From positions 137,868,737 through 137,932,736 of the forward strand of contig NC_052160.1 in assembly GCF_902713615.1 (NCBI RefSeq): a stretch of DNA of 64,000 bases, written 5' to 3'. A program made the position numbers and the translations under genes. Position 1 is the stretch's first letter, and every line of letters begins with the position of its first letter. Below, in pieces: positions 12,001-23,348 of this stretch. The notes beneath the pieces are model-generated. The model was not told where the DNA came from. It saw only the letters and a list, made by a program, of their open reading frames with translations, and did no database searches. The stretch is from Scyliorhinus canicula (taxonomy: Eukaryota).

Positions 12001-15000
12001 TAAGTGCAGTTGCACTATCCGACCACCAGGGGGAGTCGCTCTGGGAGTACGCGAGAGTTTGTACTGGGCTTCTCCCTTGGCTCCGCCCAGGATTCCTCCC
12101 CCTGGGGCCCATGTATAAAGGTCAGTGCCTTAGAGCCAGCCTGCCAGTTCATCGGAAGTTCAACGACGAATAGGCTGCCTCTGTTCAGATCCAACTACAC
12201 ATGTTCGCTGAATTGATGGTTCCATCAATGCTGACAGGGGTGTGTACAGTACTTTGCTTCCTGAAGTCGATGACCAGCTCTTTAGTTTTGCTGGCATTAA
12301 GGGAGAGATTGTTGTCATTACACCACTCCACTAGGTTCTCTATCTCCCTCCTGTATTCGGACTCGTCGTTATTCGAGATCCGGCCCACTATGGTCGTATC
12401 GTTAGCAAACTTGTAGATGGAGTTGGAACCAAGTTTTGCCATGCAGTCGTGTGTGTACAGGGAGTAGAGTAGGGGGCTAAGTACGCAGCCTTGCGGGGCA
12501 CCGGTATTGAGGACTATTGTGGAGGAGGTGTTGTTGCTCATTCTTACTGACTGTGGTCTGTTGGTCAGAAAGTCAAGGATCCAGTTGCAGAGTGGAGAGC
12601 CAAGTCCTAGGTTTTGGAGCTTTGATATGAGCTTGGCTGGGATTATAGTGTTGAAGGCGGAGCTGTAGTCAATATCGGGGCAGCAGGGTAGCATGGTGGT
12701 TAGCATCAATGCTTCACAGCTCCAGGGTCCCAGGTTCGATTCCCGGCTGGGTCACTGTCTGTGTGGAGTCTGCACGTCCTCCCCCTGTGTGCGTGGGTTT
12801 CCTCCGGGTGCTCCGGTTTCCTCCCACAGTCCAAAGATGTGCGGGTTAGGTGGATTGGCCATGCTAAAATTGCCCGTAGTGTCCTAAAAAGTGCTGTACT
12901 GTTCTATGTTCTAAATAGGAGCTTGATGTAGGAGTCCTTGTTTTTGAGATGCTCTAGGGATGAGTGTAGGGCCAGGGAAATGGTGACTGATGTGGACCGG
13001 TTGCGACGGTATGCGAATTGAAGTGGGTCAAGACGTTCCGGGAGTATGGAGGTGATGCGCTTCATGATCAGCCTCTCAAAGCACTTCATTACAACTGACG
13101 TCAGGGCCACCGGGCGGTAATCATTGAGGAACGTTGCCTGGTTCTTCTTTGGTACCGGTATGATGGTGGTCTTCTTGAAGCAGGTGGGAACCTCGGAGTG
13201 GAGTAGGGACAGGTTAAAGATGTCCGTGAATACCTCTGCCAGCTGGTATGCGCAGGCTCTGAGTGCACGACCAGGGATCCCGTCCGGGCCCATCGCCTTC
13301 CGTGGGTTCACTTTCAGGAAGGCCGATCTGACTTTGGAAACTGTGATGTTGGGTATGGGTGAATTATGGGCTGCTGGGGCACTCGACAGCGGATTGTTGG
13401 TTACCTGCTCAAACCGAGCATAGAATGCATTAAGTTCATTGTGGAGGGGTGCGCTGCTGCCTGAGATACTGCTCGGCTTCGCTTTGTAGCCCGTTATGTT
13501 GTTTAGTCCTTGCCACAACCGCCGAGAGTCTGTCTGTGACTCTAGCTTAGTTTGATATTCTCTCTTGGCATCTCGGATGGCTTTGCGGAGGTCGTACCTG
13601 GATTTCTTGTATAGGACAGGGTCGCCTGCCTTGAACGGGGGTCTGACCTCTCCCCCCGCCCCCAGTAGACTCTCAATGGGAAGCGCTAGCATAGATTTTT
13701 AAATAAATTTCCGTCCCTCCGCCGAAAAACTCCTCCGCCGAATCGGCCACGCCGAAACGTCCCATTCCAATCGGCTACGCCGAACTGGCCCCGCCGAATC
13801 GGCCACGCCGAACTGGCCACGCCGAAACGTCCCATCCCCCAGGTTGTATGGCACAGTCCGGTGAGGCGGGGGTGAGCCATGTCTCTGTGAAACAGAGCAC
13901 ACAGCAGTCTCTTACTTCCCTCTGAGAGGTAAGTCTGGAGTTAAGTTCATCCAGCTTGTTTTCGATCGCTTGGACGTTTGAAGGAGTATGCTGGGGAGAG
14001 GGGTCTTGAAACCGCGTTGCTTCAGTTTCACCTGCAGTCCGCTGCGTTTCCCTCGCTTCCTCGGTCGGCGGCTGCTGCTGGATGATCCTGGGATCCAATG
14101 GGAGACGTCTGCCCTTGTGGAAGGTAGGTGGTTGCGTCTGGTGGTGTCCAGGGCGCTAGAGACGTCCAGGGCGCTGTTTACATTTCCGGGGTCGCGTCTG
14201 GCAGGGCCCCGGGCGCTGGTTGAGGTAGAGGGGTTGCTGGGGGGGTGAGTTTGCGATCCGGATGGGTCCCGGCGTTCTGCGGGCGCGGGAATACCTTCCA
14301 GCGCGTTCGGGTCCTTGCGCGCGGTCTCCGTTGTTTTTGGAGTCGTGGGCAGGGGCTTCCTGGGGCAGATTGGGCTAGGTCCCATGGTCTGTTCCCTCCC
14401 TGGGTGCTCCCGGGGTCGGATCTTGAAGTCGGCACGGTGGGGCCTCCATGTGGATTTTTCTTTCTTCCATCACCAGGTAGGTCGGGTTGCTGGGCGGGGC
14501 CTCTCCGGGTCGGGTCGCTGGGCGGGGTCTCTCCGGGTCGGGTTGCTGGGCGGGGCCTCTCCGGGTCGGGTCGCTGGGCGGGGTCTCTCCGGGTCGGGTT
14601 GCTGGGCGGGGTCTCTCCGGGTCGGGTTGCTGGGCGGGGCCTCTCCGGGTCGGGTCGCTGGGCGGGGTCTCTCCGGGTCGGGTTGCTGGGCGGGGCCTCT
14701 CCGGGTCGGGTCGCTGGGCGGGGTCTCTCCGGGTCGGGTCGCTGGGCGGGGCCTCTCCGGGTCGGGTTGCTGGGCGGGGCCTCTCCGGGTCGGGTCGCTG
14801 GGCGGGGTCTCTCCAGGTCGGGTCGCTGGGCGGGGTCTCTCCGGGTCGGGTTGCTGGGCGGGGCCTCTCTGGGTCGGGTCGCTGGGCGGGTCTCTCCGGG
14901 TCGGGTTGCTGGGCGGGGCCTCTCCGGGTCGGGTCGCTGGGCGGGGTCTCTCCGGGTCGGGTCGCTGGGCGGGGCCTCTCCGGGTCGGGTCGCTGGGCGG

Positions 15001-18000
15001 GGCCTCTCGGGGTCGCGTTGGGCCGGGTCTTGCCGTCGGCGGTCGGGTCGGGAGCTCCGGGGACTAGACCGGGCGATCCGGGGGCTGGCGTCGGTAGTTA
15101 GGCCGGGTTTGGAGCTCCGAGGCCTGGGTCAGCTCCAAATCGAAGTCTTTACTTGCGGTTTGGGCCCGATCTTCTTTCAGGTCACGGAGGTCAGGTCGGG
15201 TCGGGTCAAAAGGTCTCCAAGGGCCTCGGAGGATCTTCAAGACTGCAAGAGAAGATAAAAGAGAGAGGTTAGTAATAATATTAGCTTTAGAATTAATTTT
15301 TAAAAGGTTAGAACAAGTATAAGTTAAGTTAAAAGTGGATCTGTTGGGGAGAGCTGGCAGAGAGTCACCTCGCTCCGGCGCCATCTTGCACGTGACGCGT
15401 ATGCGACAGGAGCCCATGAGGAGACGTCGTCACGTTGAAGGAGCACTGCTCCAAAGCCGGACTGACTGGCATCCGTGGAAATCTTTGTTTCCTTGGCCGG
15501 ATTGAAAAATGCCAACACTGGGGCCTTGGTCAGCTTTGCCCTGAGTTCTCGCCATTCTTGTTCGTGGGCGGGGAGCCATTGGAACTCTGTCGTCTTCTTG
15601 ACCAGGTTCCTGAGAGCCGTGGTGTGGGAAGCGAGGTAGGGATGAATTTCCCGAGGAAATTGACCATGCCCAGGAAGCGGAGGACCGCCTTCTTGTCCTC
15701 ATGGCCTTAATGGCAGATACCTTGTCAGCATCCGGCTGCACGCCAAACTGTGAGATGTGGTCTTCGAGGAATTTAATTTCTGTTTGACCAAAGGAGCATT
15801 TGGCCCTGTTGAGGTGGAGGCCATGCTTATGGATTCGTCGGAAGACGCGTTGGAGGCGATCAATGTGCTCCTGTGGGGTGGTAGACCAGACGATGATGTT
15901 GTCCACATACGCGAACCCCTTCAATACCTTCCATCATCTGTTCCATAATTCTGTGGAATACTTCCGATGCAGAGATGATGCCAAACGGCAGCCGGTTGTA
16001 ACAATACCGGCCAAATAGGGTGTTAAAGGTGCAGAGCTTCCGACTGGATGCGTTGAGTTGGATCTGCCAGAACCCGTTGGATGCATCTGGCTTGGTGAAA
16101 GATTTGGCGCGAGCCATCTCACAGGTGAGTTCTTCGCGCTTTGGAATGGGATAGTGTTCTCTCATAACATTGCGGTTGAGGTCCTTAGGATCAATACATA
16201 TACGTAATTCGCCGGATGGTTTTTTCACGCACACCATTGAGCTGACCCAGTCAGTCGGTTCCATAACTTTTGAAATTACTCCCTGGTCCTGGAGGTCCTG
16301 CAGCTGCTGCTTGAGGTGGTCCTTGAGGGGTGCTAGGACCCTGTGAGGTGCGTGCACCACAGGCGTGGCATTTGGTTTTAACAAGATTTCATAAGTGTAT
16401 GGGAGTGTGCCCATGCCCTCGAATACACGGTGGTATCGGTTGATGATGGCGTCCAACTGTGTGCGAAAGACACCGTCCTGAGATGCGGAGGCGTCAGCGG
16501 GTGACAGGGAGTGAACCCTTTGGACAAGGTTTCGGAGTTTGCATGCTTGCGCACCAAGTAGGGAGGCTTTAGAGGATCCCACTATTTCGAATGGCAGGTT
16601 AGCCTTTAATGACCGGTGCGACATTTCAAGCTGGCAAGAGCCACTGGCAGCAATGGCATTGCCATTATTGTCCAAAAGCTGGCAGGCGGATGCCAAGATG
16701 GTAGGCTTAACATGGAGGCTTTCGAGGTCAATGAGGTTGGCTGAAGCGCCGGTGTCCAGGCGGAATCGGATGCGAGATCGGTTGACCGTGAGGGTGGCAC
16801 ACCACTCGTCGTCCGGATCAATGCTGAATATTGGGAGAGACTTGGCTTTTGTCTTCGGGAGCATCTTGTGTTTGGTGATGGTGCCCACTCAAAATGGTGC
16901 TTTAGGGTTCTCGGTGTCAAGGTCCGGAATCAAGTCGGAGTCGGAATCGGTGACCGGTAGCTGGATGGCTCGGACATCCCTGCGTGGCTGGTTGGAACGA
17001 CGAGAGGTAGTAGGTTGAGCAGACCTGCATAAGGCAGCATAGTGGCCAAGCTAGCCTCATTGGAGACAGCGTCGGGATTTGGCAGGACATTGCCGTTTTA
17101 AATGGACGGAGCCACAGTTGCCGCACGTCGTAACGTCAGAACATTCGGTGCGCCACCGCGCATGCGTGGTGCGGTCGTACGTGGTGCGCGCCTGCGCAGT
17201 GCAATCTTTGGCATCGCCGTCCCCTCGGTCAGTGCGCACATGCACGGGAGCCCGCGAAAAGCGCGCAAAATGGCCGCACTCATTCAGGCTCAGGCCCTGG
17301 AGCTGTTTAATGGTTTGCACCCGCTCTGCCTCGTGGGGGCCTTGCCGCGCCGTTTCAGCCGCTTGAATGTGCGAGTATCGGTTAGTGGCGTGTTCATGCA
17401 GAACCCAGTTCTCGATGGCTATAGCAAGGGTGAGCTGTTTAAACTTGAGGAGCTGCTGGCGTAGGGGGTCAGATTGCACACCGAAAACGATCTGGTCACG
17501 GATCATCGAATCGGAGGTGGAGCCGTAATTGCAGGACTGCGCAAGGGTGCAAAGGTGGGTGAGGAAAGATTGAAAAGGTTCATCCTTACCCAGCAAACGC
17601 TGTTGAAAAGCACAGCGCTCAAAACTTTCATTTACCTCGATGTCGCAGTGACTGTCGAATTTGAGCAGGACTGTCTTGAACTTGGACTTGTCTTCACCGT
17701 CAGCGAAAGTGAGAGAGTTGAAGATATGAATGGCGTGGTCCCCGGCCATGGAAAGGAAGAGAGCGATCCTCCTGGCATCTCAAGCAGCTTCCAGGTCTGT
17801 AGCTCCAAGGTAAAGCTGGAATCGTTGTTTAAAGATTTTCCAGTTGGCACCGAGGTTGCCGGTGATGCGGAGCGGCGGTGGGGGGCGGACGCTGTCCATT
17901 AAACCGGATGGCTGATTGCTGGTCGAAGGCAGATCACTTGAAGGTTGGTCTATTAAACTGTAACATCACGTACTGGTACCATGATGTGTTGGGTACTCTG

Positions 18001-21000
18001 GATCTGTGGAGACTGCGTTTACCTTAGCAGTAACATAGACAGGCTACCAACACTTGTAATCGTACAACTCTATTTTATTTAACTGAGAGCTGTTAAACAT
18101 ACTCGCACTGTGGGTCGACACTATGTTAGATTGACTGACGACCTATGCCTAACCTGACCAGCCTATACTGCTAGCACATGGTGAAGGTTTGTGCTACTGA
18201 CTGTGGGCTCTGTCTGTCTCAGAGGCTGCATCCCGAATGAGCGGGAAAACTAGTGCCCTCTGGCTTTATAGTGAGCGTGCCCTAACTGGTGATTGGCTGC
18301 TGTGTTGTGTGTGTTGATTGGTCTTGCAGTGTGTCAGTTAGTGTGTGTCTCTGCACCATTATATACTGATTTGTATATTATGACATACATGGGTTTAGAT
18401 CCTTTATTTTCATTCTTTTGTTTTCTTTCTGCCCTTATCTATTTCTAAGTCCCCCCTCCCGTCCCCTTTCCCCACCCTTCCCGTAGCCCGCTCCCTCTAT
18501 CCCCCTTCCCCCTGCTTCTCTCCCCCTTACCTCCGTCACCGTTTTTTGTGCCTCCCCCTCCCCCACTTGCAGGTGCTGTTCCCCTTGCTAGGGGTGCGCC
18601 GTTGCTTCTGTCTGCTCCATCAGTCATGGTGCTAATTATGCCGCTAGGGTGGTGACTCCCCTCCCGGAGTTACTATCCTTCTGTTCCTCGCCCACTCTCT
18701 GGAATTCCTACCCGCCCTATCCCCGGATTACCCTGTATTTTTCCTGGGTGCCACTCTGCCTTCCCTCTGTCGCTACCCTCATTGTCCCGAACGAGGCCGC
18801 GTTCTCACACGTAAAGCGGTCTCTTTGGTGGGGCTTGCTGTTGGTCGTACAGGTTGTGGTGGGGGGAGGGGGGGTGCGGAGAGGGGGTTCTTATTTCCTC
18901 CACCCCCTCCCCTCCCCATTGTAGCCATCTCAGATGGCCACCTGCAAAGGACCATGGGAATTATGGCCAACCCAGGACTCAGACACACTCAGAGGTTGTG
19001 TGTGTATTTGCAACCCAGATAGCTAGACGCTATCGAAACCTCCGCTCGTTTGCATTCTAATGGCCCATTTCCCCAGAACAAATGGACTGTACTCAGGTAA
19101 CCGTTACAGATGCAGACTAACCGGCGCCACTCCCTTTGCTAAGAAAGCCCAAACAGCAAAGGTCAATGAATGCTCAGGACACGCCCGGCCGGCCTTCAAG
19201 GCACCCACCCCTTTATTGGCCAAAATCGAAGGGAGTGATCGAAGCCTGTCGAATTATTGGGTCCAAAGCTAAGGACAGCCCCAAAGAGGGCGAAATCCCA
19301 GAGGGATAAAAAGAGACACAGTCATGTGATCGGTCTCCCTTGGCCCAGCGCTCGGTCTCTCTTGGCCCCGACCTACGCCTAAAGCCAAGTGCAGCATTAC
19401 GACCAGAAGACAAGTTCAAGACCAACAGTCGCTACCAGACGGATGAGCCCAGCAGAAACGAAGCCACTTCTTCTACCCAGCCACACAAGATCCGAACAAC
19501 GGCCTTGTTCATCTGCAAAGAGCCGGTTGCACTGAAGTTAAGTACAGGTTATTGTAGCTGTTAGGTGTAGTTTAACTTGTAGTGTTTTGTGTTGCTTTTC
19601 GAAGTAATCCTTGTGTGTAAATAAACTATCCTTGAACTTGAACTAACTAACTGGTTGTTTGGTCTTTGATCGATATCCGGTAAAACCTTGTGGTGGTACC
19701 ATTTGATACCTGCCGACTCTGAAAAGCAATATCATCATTAATAACTATCATATCTAGTTAATTTGGCAACATTATTGGCATCTCTGGTACCGATTGGCAA
19801 CACCATGTCAGCCCATTGCTCGGCCCCTGGATTGACTTTTGCCAGGCATTTTTCCCCGTCTCTCTTTTTCCCCCTATTCCACTAAGGTCGGGGGGTTGAG
19901 TTGTTAAGTTCTTCGGCGAATGTTTGGCGAAAAGTAGCTATTTTGCAGGTCCACGGGGAGGAGAGCCACCTGATGTGGGACAGCTCAGCACATCGTCGTC
20001 ACCGGAAGTCTCCTGACTATTTTCTTTAGCACAAAAGCAGTTCAGCAGTTAATCTCAGACCCAATGATTCTGGCGATGAAAACTGAAACTCCATTTGACC
20101 TACAAGTAACAAACTCACATTGTTTGTATATTTTTAGTGTTTATCCAAAGCGATGCTCAGTTTGTGTCCAACAGGCCTGGAGTTGGGTTCCCTTCATCCA
20201 CTTTGAAAATTCACCCGAACGTTCTGAGCAATTTCACTGCAGCTACAGAAATAGAAATGGTTCACTAAACGTAGACCCACACACCTCTGAAATATTAAAT
20301 TAAAGGTTTAGAACGAGCAGGAATTGAACGCAGGAGCTTTCAATGATTACAGTGCATTTTACACTATAATCCAGTCCATACATTAAAAACAGAAAATAAT
20401 TTTGACATTTTTAACATTTGGTTGGTTCATTATGTTTTGAGCAATGAAAAGATGCTCAGGTTTGAACTTTCATTGATTGTGTTTCTCATCTATCAACAGG
20501 TACATGGGAGCCAATTGTATCAGAGATCAGTGGTGTTGTGGGAAATGTCGCCACTGTACCATGTCTGTACACGGAGGAGGAGAAAGTATATAAGAAATTC
20601 CTGTGTAAAGTAACCTCTAGAAATAAATGCACCATTATTGCCAGCTCTGATGGGGCTGTAACCAATCTGCAAAATGGGAGTGTTTCAATCACTATTAATA
20701 ATTCTCAGAATTTTACTGTTACCCTGGGCAACATTAATAAAGCTGATGAAGGAGAGTACTGGTGTGGAGCAGTAAGAATAAAGAACATAACGATCGTCCA
20801 GGTAAAAAATCTGACAACTGCTGAAGGTAAGGTTCAATATAAAATTATTATAATTCAATCAGTGTTGAATAAAACTCCCAAAACAATAACAATTGGTCAA
20901 TGCTTAGTTCTTTATTTACACAATGCGGCCACCCTACTTCATCTCAACCTTTCAGCACATCCTTCTCTTACTTTCCCCCTCGCTAAGTTTAGCTCAATTT

Positions 21001-23348
21001 CCCCCGAAGAGCATCTATGAAATTTGTCACAATTACACCTTGTGGTACAGGTAGAACGTCTCAGATCCGCTGACCAAAAAAACAACAGTGTCCGTCCACA
21101 AACCAGACATTTTTAGGATGCTCAAGGCACCAATTTTAAAAAACGCACTGGACAATTCGGCTAGGTGCCACGTGCCACGTTGGCACAATGTGGCTCCAGA
21201 CTAGATACTGGCTTCACCATCCACTCTATCCGCCGCTCCATACGATCCTTATACCAGCTGACCCGGCCTCACATGAACCACCCGTGGCCTGGACTGCCCA
21301 CCCTGCACCCCAGCAAGATCTGAAAGCCATGACTGGATTGGAGGTACTGTCCCTAGTTCCACATTTAACAAGTTCCAGCTTCTATCAGCTTTCTGGGTAA
21401 AGTGTCCAAAACTTTCACGAATACTACAAGAAAATATAAATGTTAAAAATAAATAGAGAGTTTGTGCTACACCTCACAGATTATTGTCCTTCCAACACTA
21501 TAAGCTCTTTGTGAAGGCCCCTCAGAATCTATTTTTTCCTGAGCTCACAACACCCAGGTTCACTTTCCATAAGTACAGTACGCCAAAGATAATAATGGTG
21601 GCGGTTGGCAGTTATTCATCAAATTATTCATTTATCTTTACTTCCAACAATAGGAAGATCAAGTATTTCCAATGATACCTCAAGGTAAGATTTTAATTTC
21701 CAACTTCTAAATATCAATTTTGTGCCACCCTCATTGAAGCCACGGTTGTTAGATAATCCTGCTTTCCTCACAGGTCATGATGAGCAATGCAATGTTATTA
21801 AATTACTATAATCCACGCAACCGCCATCTTGGTGCCATATATTTCCTCATAATTCTGCCATTGATTGTCTTCCCATTTAATACACACATATCGAAGCCAG
21901 GGGGCGACGTTTTTCAGACCTTGGCAGTAATCATTCGGTGTGATAATATGAGAGAGTGACATTAACACTTTCTGCTGATACCTTCCCTTACGGAACATCC
22001 GACACCCCAGCCCAGCGTTTATTCATTCACGGGATGTTGATGCTGCTGACAAACCCTCATTCATTGCCCATCCCTAATTGACCTTGATAAAATGTTGGTA
22101 AGCCACCACCTTCAACCCCTGCTGTCCATGTGATGCCAATACACCCACCGGTGTTGTACGGTGGAGAGGGTTTTGACGCAGAAAAGGTGATGGAATCATG
22201 ATCCACTTACAGGTCAAGTTAGTGTGGTAGTTGAAAAGGTGAAGTTGAGGTGGTGCTGCTTTACCTGTTGGCCTTGTCTTTCCAACTGGTGATGGTCACA
22301 GGTTTGAAAGGTGTTACTGAAGAAACCTTAGAACACTGCTGTAATGCATCCTCAACAGAGAGATGCAGTCTCACCAGAACACAGCTCGTCCCTGCGCAAT
22401 TCCTGTCAGAGATATTTTCCCTGTGTGTACAAAGCCCAAAACTCCTAGGTATGATTACACTTTGAAAATCACCCCATAGCTCGTACAAACTGTCAATGTG
22501 TTCAATATAATTTTCCAGAATTGTTGGGATGTTACTGATGGTCATTTTGCATAAACTGTGCGTTAATTTATTTTGTACTGTATTAATTATATTTCCTTGT
22601 TTAATCAGAGAGGTTCTGCTGAAGATATGGACTATATTCCGTTGGCTGCTCTTTGCGGCTCTGGCTGTTTGCTCCGCTTCAGTCACATTCTATGAACATT
22701 TTGCAAAAGGGCCAGGTATAAAATATGAAATCTTTTTGCTCTAATATTTACAGATATTTAACTTCAGCCTAAAAACTCAGGCACTTGGAAAGTAGCCAAG
22801 AAAAACAACACATAATCCACAAGAAATGAAGTTCTCTTCGTGAAAATGTAACGAGGGAGCCATTCGAGTGTGATAACAATGACTTTTGGGCTGAATTTTA
22901 TGCTCGTCGACAGAAATGATAAAAATGTCAGTTCGTCAGGAGATTTTCATTTTTACGCGGGAGTGCAAAATGGGAAAAGTTGTGTAGACACTCAATGCAA
23001 AGCACTGTTTAATTAAATTTTTATTTAAAATGCATACCTGTGTCCAATAGTGGCCTTGAACATGGGTAAGGGAGCATCAACAGTGCCCCTGGACCAGGCA
23101 CAGTATGGTGCATTGTATAACCTGGAACCCATGATGTGCCCCAGAGCTGTGGGCACCAGATGCAAAATAGGTTATTGCAAACAAACCTCAGCACTTACAT
23201 CAGGATGTCTCCATCCACACTCTCACCTATTTTTTCGCCATGTATCGCTTGAAGTATTTCACTTACAGAAAGAAGGTCAATTCCTCTGTTTTCTTCATTA
23301 CGATTGATTAAATTTATTTGTTATTCAGTTCTGCAGGCCAGCAAATGA
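2711..23348 (+). CDS. Gene 1 (5'-partial): two-V-domain CD300/pIgR-like membrane receptor; exons 2711-3040, 20500-20826, 21654-21684, 22609-22715, probable last exon 23329-23348; leader lies upstream of the window
   Basis: AG/GT boundaries and phases (1-1, 1-1, 1-2, 2-1) join into one open frame; every exon has a close paralog in gene 2. Confidence 0.8.
3425..3880 (+). mobile_element. L1-clade ORF1 fragment (copy at ~59690-60135)
   Basis: LPEGIEG...DRGHRSLRP...PRAVIAKL...IRIYQD...LFPARLWVT resembles the L1 ORF1p RRM/CTD; frameshifted. Confidence 0.7.
4416..4642 (-). mobile_element. Gypsy solo LTR, TSD AGGT (copy at 60671-60897)
   Basis: Minus strand reads TGTGGT...GCATCA with AATAAA; AGGT on both flanks. 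Confidence 0.8.
4871..5290 (-). mobile_element. Possible truncated LTR-like fragment
   Basis: Minus strand ends ...TTACA after an AATAAA; abuts the truncated Gypsy LTR; no TSD found. Confidence 0.3.
8218..12227 (+). mobile_element. Ty3/Gypsy retrotransposon (inner), two LTRs (8218-8607, 11861-12227), 5-bp TSD ATGCT, most of gag deleted
   Basis: TG..CA LTRs; ATGCT on both flanks; protease FDSGS, RT YLDN, RNase H and integrase (DFKGP...HSDRG...E) in 9018-11295; PPT agggggtgaa. Confidence 0.95.
12678..12911 (+). mobile_element. V-SINE/HE1-like tRNA-derived SINE inserted in the Rex/Babar RT
   Basis: A/B boxes (tagcatggtgg, ggttcgattcc), V-domain core, gttctatgttc tail. Confidence 0.85.
14480..15008 (+). 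repeat. 28-bp GC-rich minisatellite, ~19 copies (GGGTCGGGTYGCTGGGCGGGGYCTCTCC)
   Basis: Unit spacing 28 nt read directly from the sequence. Confidence 0.95.
18920..19802 (+). mobile_element. Solo LTR, 883 bp, TSD CCAT
   Basis: TGTAGCC...GGCAACA termini, CCAT on both flanks, TATA-like gataaaa ~19305, AATAAA 19620. Confidence 0.85.
19803..20000 (-). mobile_element. Probable L1-type 5'-end fragment, continuing at ~18390-18919 on the other side of the solo LTR
   Basis: Minus strand starts gacttccggtgacgacgatg; purine-rich spacer; recognised by resemblance only. Confidence 0.35.
20500..20826 (+). CDS. Gene 1 exon: V-set Ig domain D2
   Basis: tatcaacag acceptor, GAA G|gtaag donor, 327 nt phase 1-1; VPC...KKFLC...KC...ADEGEYWCG, including the extra C-C' Cys pair typical of the CD300/pIgR group. 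Confidence 0.92.
21654..21684 (+). CDS. Gene 1 exon: short stalk ([11 protein letters not shown])
   Basis: aatag acceptor, AG|gtaaga donor; 31 nt converts phase 1 to phase 2, as the TM exon requires; conserved at 37334-37364. Confidence 0.75.
22609..22715 (+). CDS. Gene 1 exon: transmembrane segment ([35 protein letters not shown])
   Basis: ttaatcag acceptor in phase 2, hydrophobic helix containing Arg, CCA G|gtataa donor; paralog at 38289-38395. Confidence 0.82.
23329..23348 (+). CDS. Gene 1 probable terminal coding exon (VLQASK*)
   Basis: ttattcag acceptor; peptide and stop identical in gene 2; AATAAA downstream at 23567; alternative tails are possible (see findings). Confidence 0.5.

Larger units (their letters stand above)
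7472..15387 (-). mobile_element. Rex1/Babar-type LINE with both ends present, internally deleted and interrupted
   Basis: 5' end AAGATGGCGCC; RKRGKRSG...ENKLDEL...FTETWL endonuclease start; DYSSAFNT...[13 protein letters not shown]; [14 protein letters not shown]-terminus; (CCAAT)n tail at 7472-7497. Confidence 0.85.
5291..18385 (-). mobile_element. Ty3/Gypsy retrotransposon (outer element), decayed, split by a Rex/Babar LINE at 7472-15387
   Basis: 5' LTR 17982-18385 (TG..CA); PBS-like TGGTACCAG 17973-17981; gag ~17060-17900; protease DTGASANLI; RT 15860-16600; RNase H split across the insertion (YASRA|MTPTE); integrase 5836-6990; PPT; 3' LTR 5291-5569 truncated. Confidence 0.92.

Noticed and set aside
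12678-12760. tRNA genes at SINE heads (also 24424, 46654, 53941)
   Set aside because: A/B boxes are followed by V-SINE core and LINE-like tails, with no complete cloverleaf
14245-15258. Long Gly/Arg-rich ORFs (337, 250, 204 aa)
   Set aside because: Translations of a 28-bp stop-free minisatellite; open in all frames
20827-21020. D2 ORF reading 64 codons into the intron in both genes
   Set aside because: Strong G|gtaagg donor; paralogs are similar enough that a shared open frame is unremarkable; no recognisable motif
21777-21959. Hydrophobic ORF ([15 protein letters not shown]), conserved at 37457, as an alternative TM exon
   Set aside because: It needs a phase-0 junction, but upstream exons end in phase 1 or 2; kept only as the possible secreted stop exon
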